Shown here: positions 52,917 through 64,000 of the stretch, in pieces
How the letters are laid out: each line of letters opens with the position of its first letter
Numbering within the stretch: the stretch's first letter is position 1
Assembly (NCBI GenBank): GCA_002269645.1
Contig: NIVC01001287.1
Coordinates: forward strand, 1 to 64,000
Length of the DNA: 64,000 bases
Reading direction: 5' to 3'
Origin: Macrostomum lignano
Lineage: Eukaryota
Notes under the pieces: generated by a model
Databases searched by the model: none
What the model saw: the letters and a program-made list of their open reading frames with translations, nothing else
What the model was told of the DNA's origin: nothing
Position numbers and translations under genes: made by a program

Positions 52917-53109
52917 TCTGTGCGTTTTCCAACTGACTTTAGAGTAAATGACAAGAGCAAGTTAAACTAATGGGGAGCTCTGTTTGTAAGCGAGTCTGAT
53001 GTTAATATGTGTTTAAATTTTAGACTTGCCATAGATATCAACTCGTTGCTAAATTTAATCCAGCATACTCTTGAAGATTAGGGACTTTGATTACATAGAT
53101 GAGCCAGTG

Positions 53110-54950
53110 GGAGACTGAGGGGTAATAGAGAGACTGAGGGGTAAGAGAGAGACTGGGGGGTAATAGAGAGACTGAGGGGTAATAGAGACTGAGGGGTAAG
53201 GGAGACTAAGGGGTAATAGAGAGACTGAGGGGTAAGAGAGACTGGGGGGTAATAGAGACTGAGGGGTAAGGGAGACTGAGGGGTAAGAGAGAGACTGGGG
53301 GGTAATAGAGAGACTGAGGGGTAATAGAGAGACTGAGGGGTAATAGAGAGACTGAGGGGTAATAGAGAGACTGAGGGGTAATAGAGAGACTGAGGGGTAA
53401 GAGAGACTGAAGGGGTAAGGGAGACTGAGGGGTAATAGAGAGACTGAGGGGTAATAGAGAGACTGAGGGGTAAGAGAGACTGAGGGGTGAGAGAGACTGA
53501 GGGGTGAGAGAGACTGAGGGGTAATAGAGAGACTGAGGGGTAATAGAGAGACTGAGGGGTAAGGAAGACTGAGGGGTAAGGGAAACTGAGGGGTAATAGA
53601 GACTGAAGGGGTAAGAGAGATTGAGGGGTAAGAGAGACTGGGGGGTAATAGAGACTGAGGGGGTAAGAGAGACTGGGGGTAATAGAGACTGAGGGGTAAT
53701 AGAGAGACTGAGGGGTAATAGAGAGACTGAGGGGTAATAGAGAGACTGAGGGGGTAAGAGAGACTGGGGGGTAAGAGAGACTGGGGGTAATAGAGAGACT
53801 GAGGGGTAATAGAGAGACTGAGGGGTAAGAGAGAGACTGAGGGGGTAAGAGAGACTGGGGGGTAATAGAGAGACTGAGGGGTAATAGAGAGACTGAGGGG
53901 TAATAGAGAGACTGAGGGGTAAGAGAGAGACTGGGGGTAATAGAGAGACTGAGGGTAATAGAGAGACTGAGGGGTAATAGAGAGACTGAGGGGTAAGAGA
54001 GAGACTGGGGGGTAATAGAGAGACTGAGGGGGTAAGAGAGACTGAGGGGGTAAGAGAGACTGAGGGGGTAAGAGAGACTGAGGGGTAATAGAGAGACTGA
54101 GGGGTAATAGAGAGACTGAGGGGTAATAGAGAGACTGAGGGGTAATAGAGAGACTGAGAGGTAAGGGAGACTGAGGGGTAATAAAGAGACTGAGGGGTAA
54201 GAGAGACTGAGAGGTAATAGAGAGACTGAGGGGTAATAGAGAGACTGAGGGGTAAGAGAGACTGAAGGGGTAAGGGAGACTGAGGGGTAATAGAGAGACT
54301 GAGGGGTAATAGAGAGACTGAGGGGTAAGAGAGACTGAGGGGTGAGAGAGACTGAGGGGTGAGAGAGACTGAGGGGTAATAGAGAGACTGAGGGGTAATA
54401 GAGAGACTGAGGGGTAAGGAAGACTGAGGGGTAAGGGAAACTGAGGGGTAATAGAGACTGAAGGGGTAAGAGAGATTGAGGGGTAATAGAGAGACTGAGG
54501 GGTAATAGAGAGACTGAGGGGTAATAGAGAGACTGAGGGGTAAGGAAGACTGAGGGGTAAGGGAAACTGAGGGGTAATAGAGACTGAAGGGGTAAGAGAG
54601 ATTGAGGGGTAATAGAGAGACTGAGGGGTAATAGAGAGACTGAGGGGTAATAGAGAGACTGAGGGGTAAGGAAGACTGAGGGGTAAGAGAGATTGAGAGG
54701 TGATAGAGACTGAAGGGGTAAGAGAGACTGAAGGGGTAAGAGAGACTGAGGGGTAAGAGAGATTGAGGGGTAAGAGAGATTGAGAGGTGATAGAGACTGA
54801 AGGGGTAAGAGAGATTGAGGGGTGATAGAGACTGAGGGGTAAGAGAGACTGAAGGGGTAAGAGAGACTGAAGGCTAAGAGACTGAGGGTAAGAGACTGAG
54901 GAGTAAGAGGAGACTGAGGGACAAGAGAGAATGAGGGTAAGAGAGAGTGA
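53110..54950. repeat. ~1.8-kb minisatellite of 19-21-bp units (GAGACTGAGGGGTAATAGAGA)
   Basis: Visible units upstream of the tetraspanin gene. Confidence 0.97.
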
Positions 54951-55562
54951 GGGGTAAGTTAAAGAGAAGAATGATGCTTAGCACAGTTAAGATCACTGGA
55001 ATTTTAATATATAGTAAAAATACAAGTAAGAGAAAGCATAAATGGCTAACCCACAGAATACAACCAGTTAACCAGGTTTTTTCAATTCAGATTGTAACTG
55101 TTAACAAATGAGTTATTTACTTTCAAAACCATAGACAAATGCATGAATATCTTTGTTGATCAGTATTTTCACTTTCTCAATCTGATTAGTTCACAAATTG
55201 AGCTTGAATTCTCAATTATTGAAAAAGCTACAATTTTAGTTTGAATTCTAGTGTTAAACAATTTAATCAACATGATAACCGATCAGTCAGATGGAATATT
55301 GTCCAATTGTAATTTTGCCACTCTGAAGCTGAATTATTTCTTGTCTAATAGGCCCAGCATCAGCGATCTGAAGGTGCACATGAATGTGGCGTAAGTAAAT
55401 TTGCTTCCAAATTTGCTTTTCAATGCTACGAGAATCTCTTGGTTTTCATCAACTTTATCTTCAATAGTTTAGAAGATATCCTACTGAATAGTAGTAATAA
55501 AGGAACCTGCTTGAGGAACATCTCAACCTTCCATACTACTCGCTATTCATATTTAGGGGGCC

Positions 55563-55940
55563 CAGGGGTAGGACACTCCGGCCCCGCGGGCCATGAGGTC
55601 CGGACCTCGGGCCCTTTGAAACTTCACAATAGCAATAGCGCCCCCCTCAAGGTTGGTGTCTCCTCTCTCCTCCCTCTCTCCTCCCTCTCTACTCTATTCC
55701 CCTCTATTGCCCTCTCCTCTCTTCTCTCCCCCTCTCCCCAGCCCTCTGAGGGGCTCCTCTCCCCTCTCCCATCGCCTATCTCTTCTCTCCTCTCTCCCCT
55801 CTCCTCTCTCCCCTCTTCCCTCTTCCCTCTTCTCTCCTCTCCTCTCCTCGCTTTTCCCACTTCTCTCACCTCTTCTCTCTTTTTTCTTTTCTCTTCATTC
55901 TTTTCTCATCTCATCTCTCGCCTTTCCTCTCCTCTCTCTT
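55563..55940. mobile_element. hAT-like MITE fragment with CT-rich core
   Basis: CAGGGGTAGG..CCGGCCCCGCGGGCC..CTCGGGCCCTTTGAAACTTCACA, matching the reverse complement of the 12.77-kb block. Confidence 0.5.
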
Positions 55941-55942
55941 AT

Positions 55943-56580
55943 CTATCTCTAACTATAAAAATCAAAACTCTGTGTGTGTGTGTCTGTGTGTGGACAATTT
56001 TGATCGCTATGGACTCCCAAACCGCTCAACCAAATTACACCAAACTTTACACCCACCCTAAACTTACTACGGAGAATGTCTTAGGCTACCTTTTAATTTC
56101 CTAGACTCAAGTCTTCCTACCTAAAAGTGCAAAAAACTGCTCAAAATGCGCAATTTTTTCACTAAATCCTCCATAGCGCCGCTCCACTTCTACCGATTCT
56201 CTTCAAATTTGACACAGGCAATTTTCAACTATTTTGACACAATCGTGTAAAATTTCGAATCTCAAAGTTAATCCTGAAAGCCGCTGTGCACTTTTAAAGT
56301 TAGGCTGTTTTTTTCAGCGTAGCAACCACCCCAACCTCCGCCCGCCTGCCTCTCCCGATCTGGGCCCAGATGTGTAAAAGGGTTTCAAAATTGACTATAT
56401 TTCGGCTGCCATAAGTTTGCTCCACGTAAAGCGATTGACTTCAAACTTGACACAATTCTTTATTGACTCATTCTCTATCTAAATGTAAAGTTTCAACTCT
56501 GTAACTCAACCGAAACAGAAACTGTAAGCATGTGAAGTTTGTCTGCTTTTTCTGTTGTTTGTGCCACTCACTCACTCATT
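55943..56580 (+). mobile_element. Non-autonomous Helitron-like fragment(s)
   Basis: ATCTCTAACTATAAAAATCAAAAC head, (TG)n tract, AAACCGCTCAACCAAATTACACCAAACTTT; architecture parallels the heads at 59-64 kb. Confidence 0.4.
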
Positions 56581-57094
56581 CCCCCAGAGCCAGACGAAGG
56601 GTCAGGCGATAGGGCTGAATGTACATGGCAACGTACAGTGTTTTGGAATAACTTTTTAATAGCCTTCTCTGCACCCCCGCGCGTGGAGAGGCTACGTTTA
56701 GCCACAACAGTTTAGTGAGAAATTCTAACCACGGCCCTCCCCTCTGTATAGGCAAACTCTGCAGCAGTTTAACAGTGGATGGCAATTGGCAAATCGAGGC
56801 AATCCAGAATGATTTGTAAAAGCGAAATATTTATGAAAAGGCGATGCAATGCAATGAAATACAACCCTACTAAATTAGGCACACCATGGAAATTTTAAGT
56901 TTCTCTTAAAAGTACTTTGAAATTTAAATGGCCTAAGAAATGCGTATTTCCTTGGTTGTTAGACTGATGCAGACTGCAGTGGAGCTGAAGATACACAAAT
57001 TCCTTTCAGGGCTGCAAATTGGCAAGAAAGATGACGTGATCAAAGCATGAGAATAACGATGAGAGTAGTACGTCCCACAAACTGGCTTTCGAAG

Positions 57095-57947
57095 CAGGGA
57101 TCGGCAGACTTTTACTTCAAAAGCCAGATAAAGAATCCAGCTTATGTGCGGGCCAGATGAGAGTGGAAAGGAGAAGGAATAGACTATTAGAAGAGAGGAG
57201 AGGCGAGACGGGGATAAGAGAAAACATGGAAGATAAGAGGAGAGACAAGTGGTGAGGAGAAAGCAGAGGAAGAAGCGAGAGGAGGGGAGAAAGGAGGGAG
57301 AGGAAAGAGTAAAGGTGAGAAGAGGGGAGAGATGAGACAGAGGATCGATGAGAGGAGAGTAAAGAAGAGTGAGAAGAGAGTAGAGATGAGAGAGCAGAAA
57401 GAAGATGACAGAGGGTCAAGAGGAGAGGAGAGAGTAGAAAGGATAGAGAAAAGAGGAGATAAGAGGGGGAGAGAGGAGTGAGAAGAGAAGAGATAGAGAT
57501 AAGAGAGGGGTGTAAGAAGAGGGGAGAAAGGAGAGATGAGATTGTAGAGATGAGACAAATGAAAGGAGAGATGAGAGAGTAAAGATGAGAGATGAAAAAG
57601 GTGAGAGGAGAGTGCAGAGAGACGAGAGAAGATAATAGAGGAGAGAGAGTATAGAAGAGGGAAGAGAAAAGAAGAGAGGAGTAAGGAAAGAGAGGAGTCA
57701 GAAGAGGTGAAAGAGAAAAGTACAGAGGAGATAAGTGAGAGAACGTATTAGAGAGTAAAGATGACAGATGAGAGAGCAGAGATGAGGGTGAACAGACGAG
57801 AGATGGGAGAGTAGAGAGAACAGAGGAGAGATAAGAGAGAAGAGATTACAGAGACTAGAGGAGAGAGGAGAGACAGGGAGAGAGAAGAGGAAATAGGAGA
57901 ATGAAGAGGGGAGAGAGTAGAGAGGAGAAGAGAGATGGGAGAGGAGA

Positions 57948-58039
<92 letters not shown>

Positions 58040-58776
58040 CGCGCAGAGCAGAGAGAAACGAGAAGAGATAAGAGAGAAAAGATAAAAGAAGAGGAAGGAG
58101 AAATAAAAACGCAGACAAGAGAGAAGAGAGGTGAGGGAAGAGACGAGTGACGAGGGGAGAGAGAAGAGATAAAACAAGAAAAGAGATGAGAGGAAAGAGA
58201 GAGAGGAAAGAGGTGAGAGAAGAGACGAGAGAAGAGGGGAGAGAGGAGAGAGAGAAAAGAGGAGAGAGGAGAGAGTTAAGAGAAGAGAGAAAAGAATAGA
58301 GAGGAGAAGGAAGAGACGAGAGAAGAGGGAGAGAGAGGAGAAGAGAGAAAACGAAAAAGTAGAGAGGAGAGAGGAGAGGAGAGAGAAAAGAAAAGGGAAG
58401 AGATGAGATAAGTGATATGAAAGAGAAGAGAGATGAGGGAAGATACGAAAGAAGATAGGAGAGAGGAGAGGAGAGAGAAAACGAAAGAGTAGAGAGGAGA
58501 GAGGAGAGGAGAGAGAAAACGAAAAGTAGAGAGGAGACAGGAGAGAGGAGAGAAGAGAAAAGAGACAAGAGATAAGAGAGATGAAAGAGAAGAGAGATGA
58601 GGGAAGATATGAGAGAAGAGAGGAGAGAAGAGAGAGGAGAGACGAGGGACGAGAGAGAAGAGAGGAAACAGAAGGGACGAGAGAGAAGAGAGGAAACAGA
58701 AGAGACGATAGAAATTTTATAGGATCCAAGGGACATAGGGAGAGTCAGGGAGAGGCCAGAGTTTGCCAATACATGT
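57095..58776. mobile_element. hAT-like MITE with ~1.6-kb GA-rich core
   Basis: Left end CAGGGATCGGCAGACTTTT..GCGGGCCAGAT; right end GGCCAGAGTTTGCCAATACATG (imperfect TIR); same left-end architecture as 12364. Confidence 0.55.
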
Positions 58777-59030
58777 TTTAGAGTCAGACAGACATTGCCT
58801 GACATTCTGTGAAGTACCCCAGCCAACAATATCAATGTTTGCTTCAAATCCTAATTTTACACGAATGTGTCCATTTTATGTCTACCTCTATCCTCCTAAC
58901 TATTAACAAGTTTTTGTTTGTGTATGACCTTAGATTTCAGAATACATGCAAAAGTAGTTCCGGGGATTGGAATTCCCCGGGTTCAAAATCCGCGGGTTTC
59001 AACAGCTTGTCTCTCTCTTAATCTCTATCT

Positions 59031-61487
59031 ATCTATATATACTAAAGTTGACGCGTTGTTTGTCTGTCTGTCTGTCTGTATGTCTGTGTGTCTGTCATTT
59101 CGACAACTCCTCCTTGAATAGTGGCAATCTATCTATCTATCTATCTCTATCTATCTATCTCTACATATACTAAAGTTCACGTGTTGTTTGTCTGTCTGTC
59201 TGTGTGTCTGTCTGTCATCTTCTACATATACTAAAGTTCACGTGTTGTTTGTCTGTCTGTCTGTGTGTCTGTCTGTCATTTCGACAACTCCTCCTTGAAT
59301 AGTGGCAACTCAGCGTTGAAACTTATATGGGAAGATTGGAAATTATCCGAGGTCGGCTATAGGCTATTTTAATTCTGAAATTTTAATTTCTAAGATCCTC
59401 AAAAAAGCAGAAAACGGCGGTCTTGACCTTTGATAATCTTAATTGTCCCTCTTTCTGCTTGGAGCTGAAAATTTGCATGAATTTTAAGTGATTGCGCCAT
59501 AAAATTTTGCTAACTTGGCAGTGTATTTTCTCTCCAGTGGGGGATAGGAGCGTTCTCAGTGGCGGCGTGTGTACACTTGGACCCTAGCTAACTGGCGGAC
59601 AGTGAAATTCAATGCATCAATTTGCGAGCCTCTCTAGCAGGCAGTGAACGTACACTCGATATTTCAATGCTTTAAATCAGAAAGTTTCAAATGCTAACTG
59701 TTGCTCGATTTTTGAACTTTGAGAGGAGAGACTTATATTGCTGGAAAGATCTTGCAACGCTGAGTTCAGGGATATAAGTTGTTTGCTTTAACTGTAAAAA
59801 TTAAAAGCACAGCATTCAAAAAACGATTTTATTACTTTTACTTTTAGCTTGCTGCAAAGATTGTACTTATTTTTGCGATAGGTCAGAGATAAATTTGGGG
59901 GGTTCAATTGCTAATTGCCACTGCGTAGTGGAAGGCGGTCGGGCGCTGTGTATTGGAGGGTTGATTTAGATTGCGCAATCTTTTTGTTAACTGTAACTGA
60001 GACTGATACTGACATACTGTGAAATCAGTTGCGCCATCAATTTTGTTTTATTATCTGTGCCTTTCAATAGGCTGCCCTGTGTAATAGCCGGCCTGTGTAG
60101 TAAATGAATAAACTTGCGAGCCTCTTTGGCAGGCAGTGAACGTACACGCGACATTTCAATGCTTTAAAACGGGAACTTTCAAACGCTAACTGCTCTTCGA
60201 GTTCTAAACTTTAAGAGAAGAGACTTATACTGCTGAAAAGATCTTGCAACGCTGAGTTCGAGGATATAAAATGTTTCAAAAAACCATTTCCATACTTTTA
60301 GCTTTATGCAAAGATTGTACTCATTTTTTTGTTCAATGCCCCCAAAAGTTTGAGGTTCAATTTCTAACTGCCACTGCGTATTGAAAAGGGGTCGGTCTCT
60401 GTGTACTGAAGGGTTGATTTAGATTGCGCAATTTTTTTGCTAACTTTAACTGAGACTGATACTGACTGACTGTGAAATCGGTTGCGCAATCAATTGATTC
60501 AATTGGTTCATTTTTTATTTGAACACGCAGCTGTGTGTAGCTCTAACCCTAACCCTAACCCTTAACAATAACCAATGAATCCTGATATTTATTCTTTTTG
60601 ACGGAGAAAATTTCGATTGAGTCCAGTTTAAAAGAAAGAATTTCGATGGTTTTCAGTTTCACGGAGAGGATTTCTGTTTCGCGGAGAGGATTTCGATTCT
60701 CTTCAGTTTCACGGAGAGGATTTCGATGGTTTTCAGTTGCACGGACAGGATTTCTGCTTCGCGGAGAGGATCTTGATTGATTTGGCATCTTCAATCAGTC
60801 AGAGAAGAGAATAAAAAGAAGAATGAAAAGAGAAGAGATATGAGATGGTAGAAAACAGAGTAGAAATGAGTGGAGAGATTAGACATGACAGATGGGAGAG
60901 AAGAGGGGATTAAGGCGGGAACGAAGGACAGAAAAGCGAAGAGGAGAGAGGAGATAAGAGTGGATATATGAGATAGCAAAGGGAGACAAGAGAGATAATA
61001 GGAGAGAGAATAGATGAAGGATAAGAGCGTACAGAGGAAATAGAAGAGAGGGAGAGTAGAGGAGAAAGAAAGAGTGAGATGAGGGATGAGAGATGAGAGA
61101 GGAGCGGAGAGAGAAGAGAGAAAAGAGGAGAAAAAAGGGAGAAAGGAGACAGACGAGAGTAGAGACGAAAGACGAGGGAGAAGATATAAATAAAGTAGTA
61201 GAGATGAGAGGAGAGGGAGGAGAGAGAAGCGAAAGGAAAAGAGCGAGAGGAGAGAGGAGAGAGATGAAAAATCAGAGATGAGAGAGTTAAGAGAGGGAAG
61301 TAGTGAGGAGAGGAGAGATGAGAGATGCGAGGAGAAGAGATGAGTGAGAACATAAGAGAGAAGAGATTAGAGATTAGAAAAGAGAGAAGAGAAGAGACGG
61401 GGGTAGTGGAAAGGAGGAAAGAAAGATGGGAGACAAGAAAGTAGAGTCTGAGACCGTATATGAGATATAAGAAATGAGAGCAGAGAG

Positions 61488-61534
<47 letters not shown>

Positions 61535-64000
61535 TAAGAGAGACGATAGATAAGTGAGTAGAGATGACATATGAGAGAGAAGAGAAGAAGGAGAGATAAG
61601 AGAGAAGAGAGGAGACAGGAGACAGAAGTGAAGAATAGAGATGTGATAGAACAGAGAACAGAGGAGACAGGAGGGGTACAGACGAAAGACGAGGGAGAAG
61701 AGATAAATAAGGAAGTAGGGGTAGAGATGAGATGAGAGAGAGGAGAGAGAAGAGAGTCACGATAATAGCGAAGAGAGGAGAGAGTAGATATGAGAGACGT
61801 AAGAGTCTTTGAGCTATGGTCTTTGAAAGGTTTGTAAAGAATTTGGAGACGATTTGGAAGATGGGGTTCAAGACATGGAATTTCAGTTGATGGATAATTC
61901 AGGGAATGGAATTCCGGTGATGGGAGTTCTTCCCCTTTCTCCTCCGAAGGAGGAGTTCCACTTTATATACTAAAGTTGGTGCGATGTTTGTGTGTTTGTC
62001 TGTCTGTTGCATAACTCCTCCTAGAATACTTGCTACTCAGCGTTGAAACTTATATTGGAAAACTGCAAATTTTGCGAGGATGGCTTTAGGCTATTTTAAT
62101 CTTTCATTTTTACATTTTAAGATCCCTAAAAAAGCAGAAAACGGCGGTTTTGACCTTTGATAATCTTAATTGTACCCTCTTTCTGCTTGGAGCTGAAAAT
62201 TTGCATGAATTTTGAGCGATTGCGCCATAACTTTCTCCTATCTCTGCAGTGTATTTTCTCTCCAGTGGGGGGATGGTCGCGTTCTCAGTGGCTGCGTGTG
62301 TACAATCGGACCCTAGCTCACTGGCTGATTGTATAGACAATTGCGCAACGATATGTGTTCTGATTTTCAATAGGCTGCCCTGTGTAGTTTTGGACAGTCA
62401 AATTCAATGAATAAACTTGCGAGCCTCCCACTGCTGCAGGCAGTGAACGTACACTCGATATTTCAATGCTTTAAATCAGAAAATTTCAAATGCTAACTGT
62501 TGCTCGATTTTTTAACTTTGAGAGGAGAGACTTATATTGCTGGAAAGAGTTTGTAGCGTTGAGTTCAGGGATATAGGTTTTTTGCTTTAAATATGAAAAC
62601 TAAAAGCACAGCATTCAAAACGATTTAAATACTTTTGCAAAGATTGTACTTATTTTTGCGATAGGTCAGAGATAAAGTTGGGGGTTTCAACTTCTACTTG
62701 CCACTGCGTATTGGAAGGGGGCGGTGGCTGTGTATTGGATGGTTGATTTAAATTGCGCAATCATTTTGCTAACTTGAACTGAGACTGATACTGGCTGACT
62801 GAGAAATCGATTGCTCAATCTGTTGCTTCAATTAGTTCAATTTTTTATTATTGGTGCCTTTCAACACGCAGCTGTGTGTAGCTCTAACCCTAACCCTAAC
62901 CCTAGCCACTGAATCCTGAGAGTTGAGTTCTGTTTGACGGAGAAAATTTCGATTGAGTCCAGTTTCACGGAGAGGATCTTTTTGTCTTCGGAGAGGAGTT
63001 GGATGATGCAACTCGGGTTATGGAATTCAGCTAATGGAGTCCAGGAAATCGAATTCCGGTGATGGGAATTCTTCCGATGCGAGAGAAAAGAGAAAAGAGA
63101 ACAGAGAAAAGAGATTATAGAAAAGAGAGTAGATATGAGAGAGGAGAGATTAGAGATTAGAGAAGAGAGGGGAGAAGATGAAAGGAGCAAGGAGAGGAGA
63201 GAAGAGAGAATGAAGAGGATAGAAAAGAGAGAAGAGAAGAGACGGGGATAGTGGAAAGGAGGAAAGAAAGATGGGAGACAAGAAAGTAGAGTCTGAGAGC
63301 GTATATGAGATATGAGAAATGAGAGCAGAGAGGAGAGAAAAGAGAAGAGAGAGGGTTAAGAGAGACGATAGATAAGTGAGTAGAGATGACATATGAGAGA
63401 GGAGAGAAGAGGGAGAGATAAGAGAGAAGAGAGGAGACAGGAGACAGAAGTGAAGAGGAGAGATATGAAAGAAGAGAGGAGACAAGAGACAGGAGAGGGT
63501 ACAGACGAAAGACGAAGGAGAAGAGATACATAAGGAAGTAGAGATGAGAGGAGAGAGAGGAGAGACTAGATATAAGATAGCAAAGAAGAGAGAGCAGAGA
63601 TGAGAGACTAGAGATGGAAAGCAGATTAGAGAGAAGAGATAAGAGACTACACTGTAGAGATGAGAGGGCAAAGAGGAGAGCAAAAAGGCTTTACAGAGGA
63701 TTTGGAGATGATTTGGAAGATGGGATTCAAGTCATGGAGTTTCAGCTGATTGATTTCAGGGAATGGAATTCCGGTGATGGGAGTTCTTCCCCTTTCTCCT
63801 CCGAAGGAGGAGTTCCACTCGTACATATACTAAAGTTCACGCGTTGTTTGTCTTTCTGTCTGTCTGTCTGTCTGTCTGTCTGTCATTTCGACAACTCCTC
63901 CTTGAATAGTGGCAACTCAGCGTTGAAACTTATATGGGAAGATTGGAAATTATCCGAGGTCGGCTATAGGCTATTTTAATTCTGAAATTTTAATTTCTAA
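59031..64000 (+). mobile_element. Tandem array of composite Helitron-like non-autonomous units
   Basis: Heads (TC)TATATATACTAAAG + (CTGT)n at ~59032, 59160, 59220, 61962, 63822; homologous cores 59360-60540 and 62100-62890; each followed by (TAACCC)3 and a GA-rich tract (60780-61800 vs 63020-63690). Confidence 0.6.

Noticed and set aside
57117-58847. Leu/Ser-rich ORFs (also 12387-12828, 55439-56104, 60791-63683)
   Set aside because: Stop-poor translations of CT/GA low-complexity DNA

Overview
This is eukaryotic (invertebrate animal) genomic DNA with GT-AG introns, dense minisatellites and stacked transposons. The style resembles a free-living flatworm such as Macrostomum, which is an inference. 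There are no prokaryotic operons, CRISPR arrays, rRNA genes or intact tRNA genes. Hand-spliced gene models, in order: two minus-strand secreted PAN-like + ALK/LTK-type glycine-rich genes (one truncated by the window edge, one with a 1-bp frameshift); a plus-strand secreted PAN + fibrinogen-domain gene; a head-to-tail minus-strand trio of FRS2-like PTB adaptor, TSR1 and MRPS18A; a Shank-like scaffold with no visible SH3 or SAM domain; a 70-aa single-TM small ORF; and a peripherin/ROM1-like tetraspanin with a tail of about 330 aa. Mobile DNA: a TTAA-flanked foldback element; a CORE-type SINE; a second SINE family; a 5.4-kb Mutator/Foldback-like element (9-bp TSD) containing a hAT element (8-bp TSD), which in turn contains a deleted mariner; an 8-bp-TSD MITE; a decayed intron-containing pogo-like transposase; GA-rich hAT-like MITEs; and a tandem Helitron-like array at the right end. 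The most notable observations are the phase-1 exon-modular PAN cluster and the fully reconstructable triple transposon nest.
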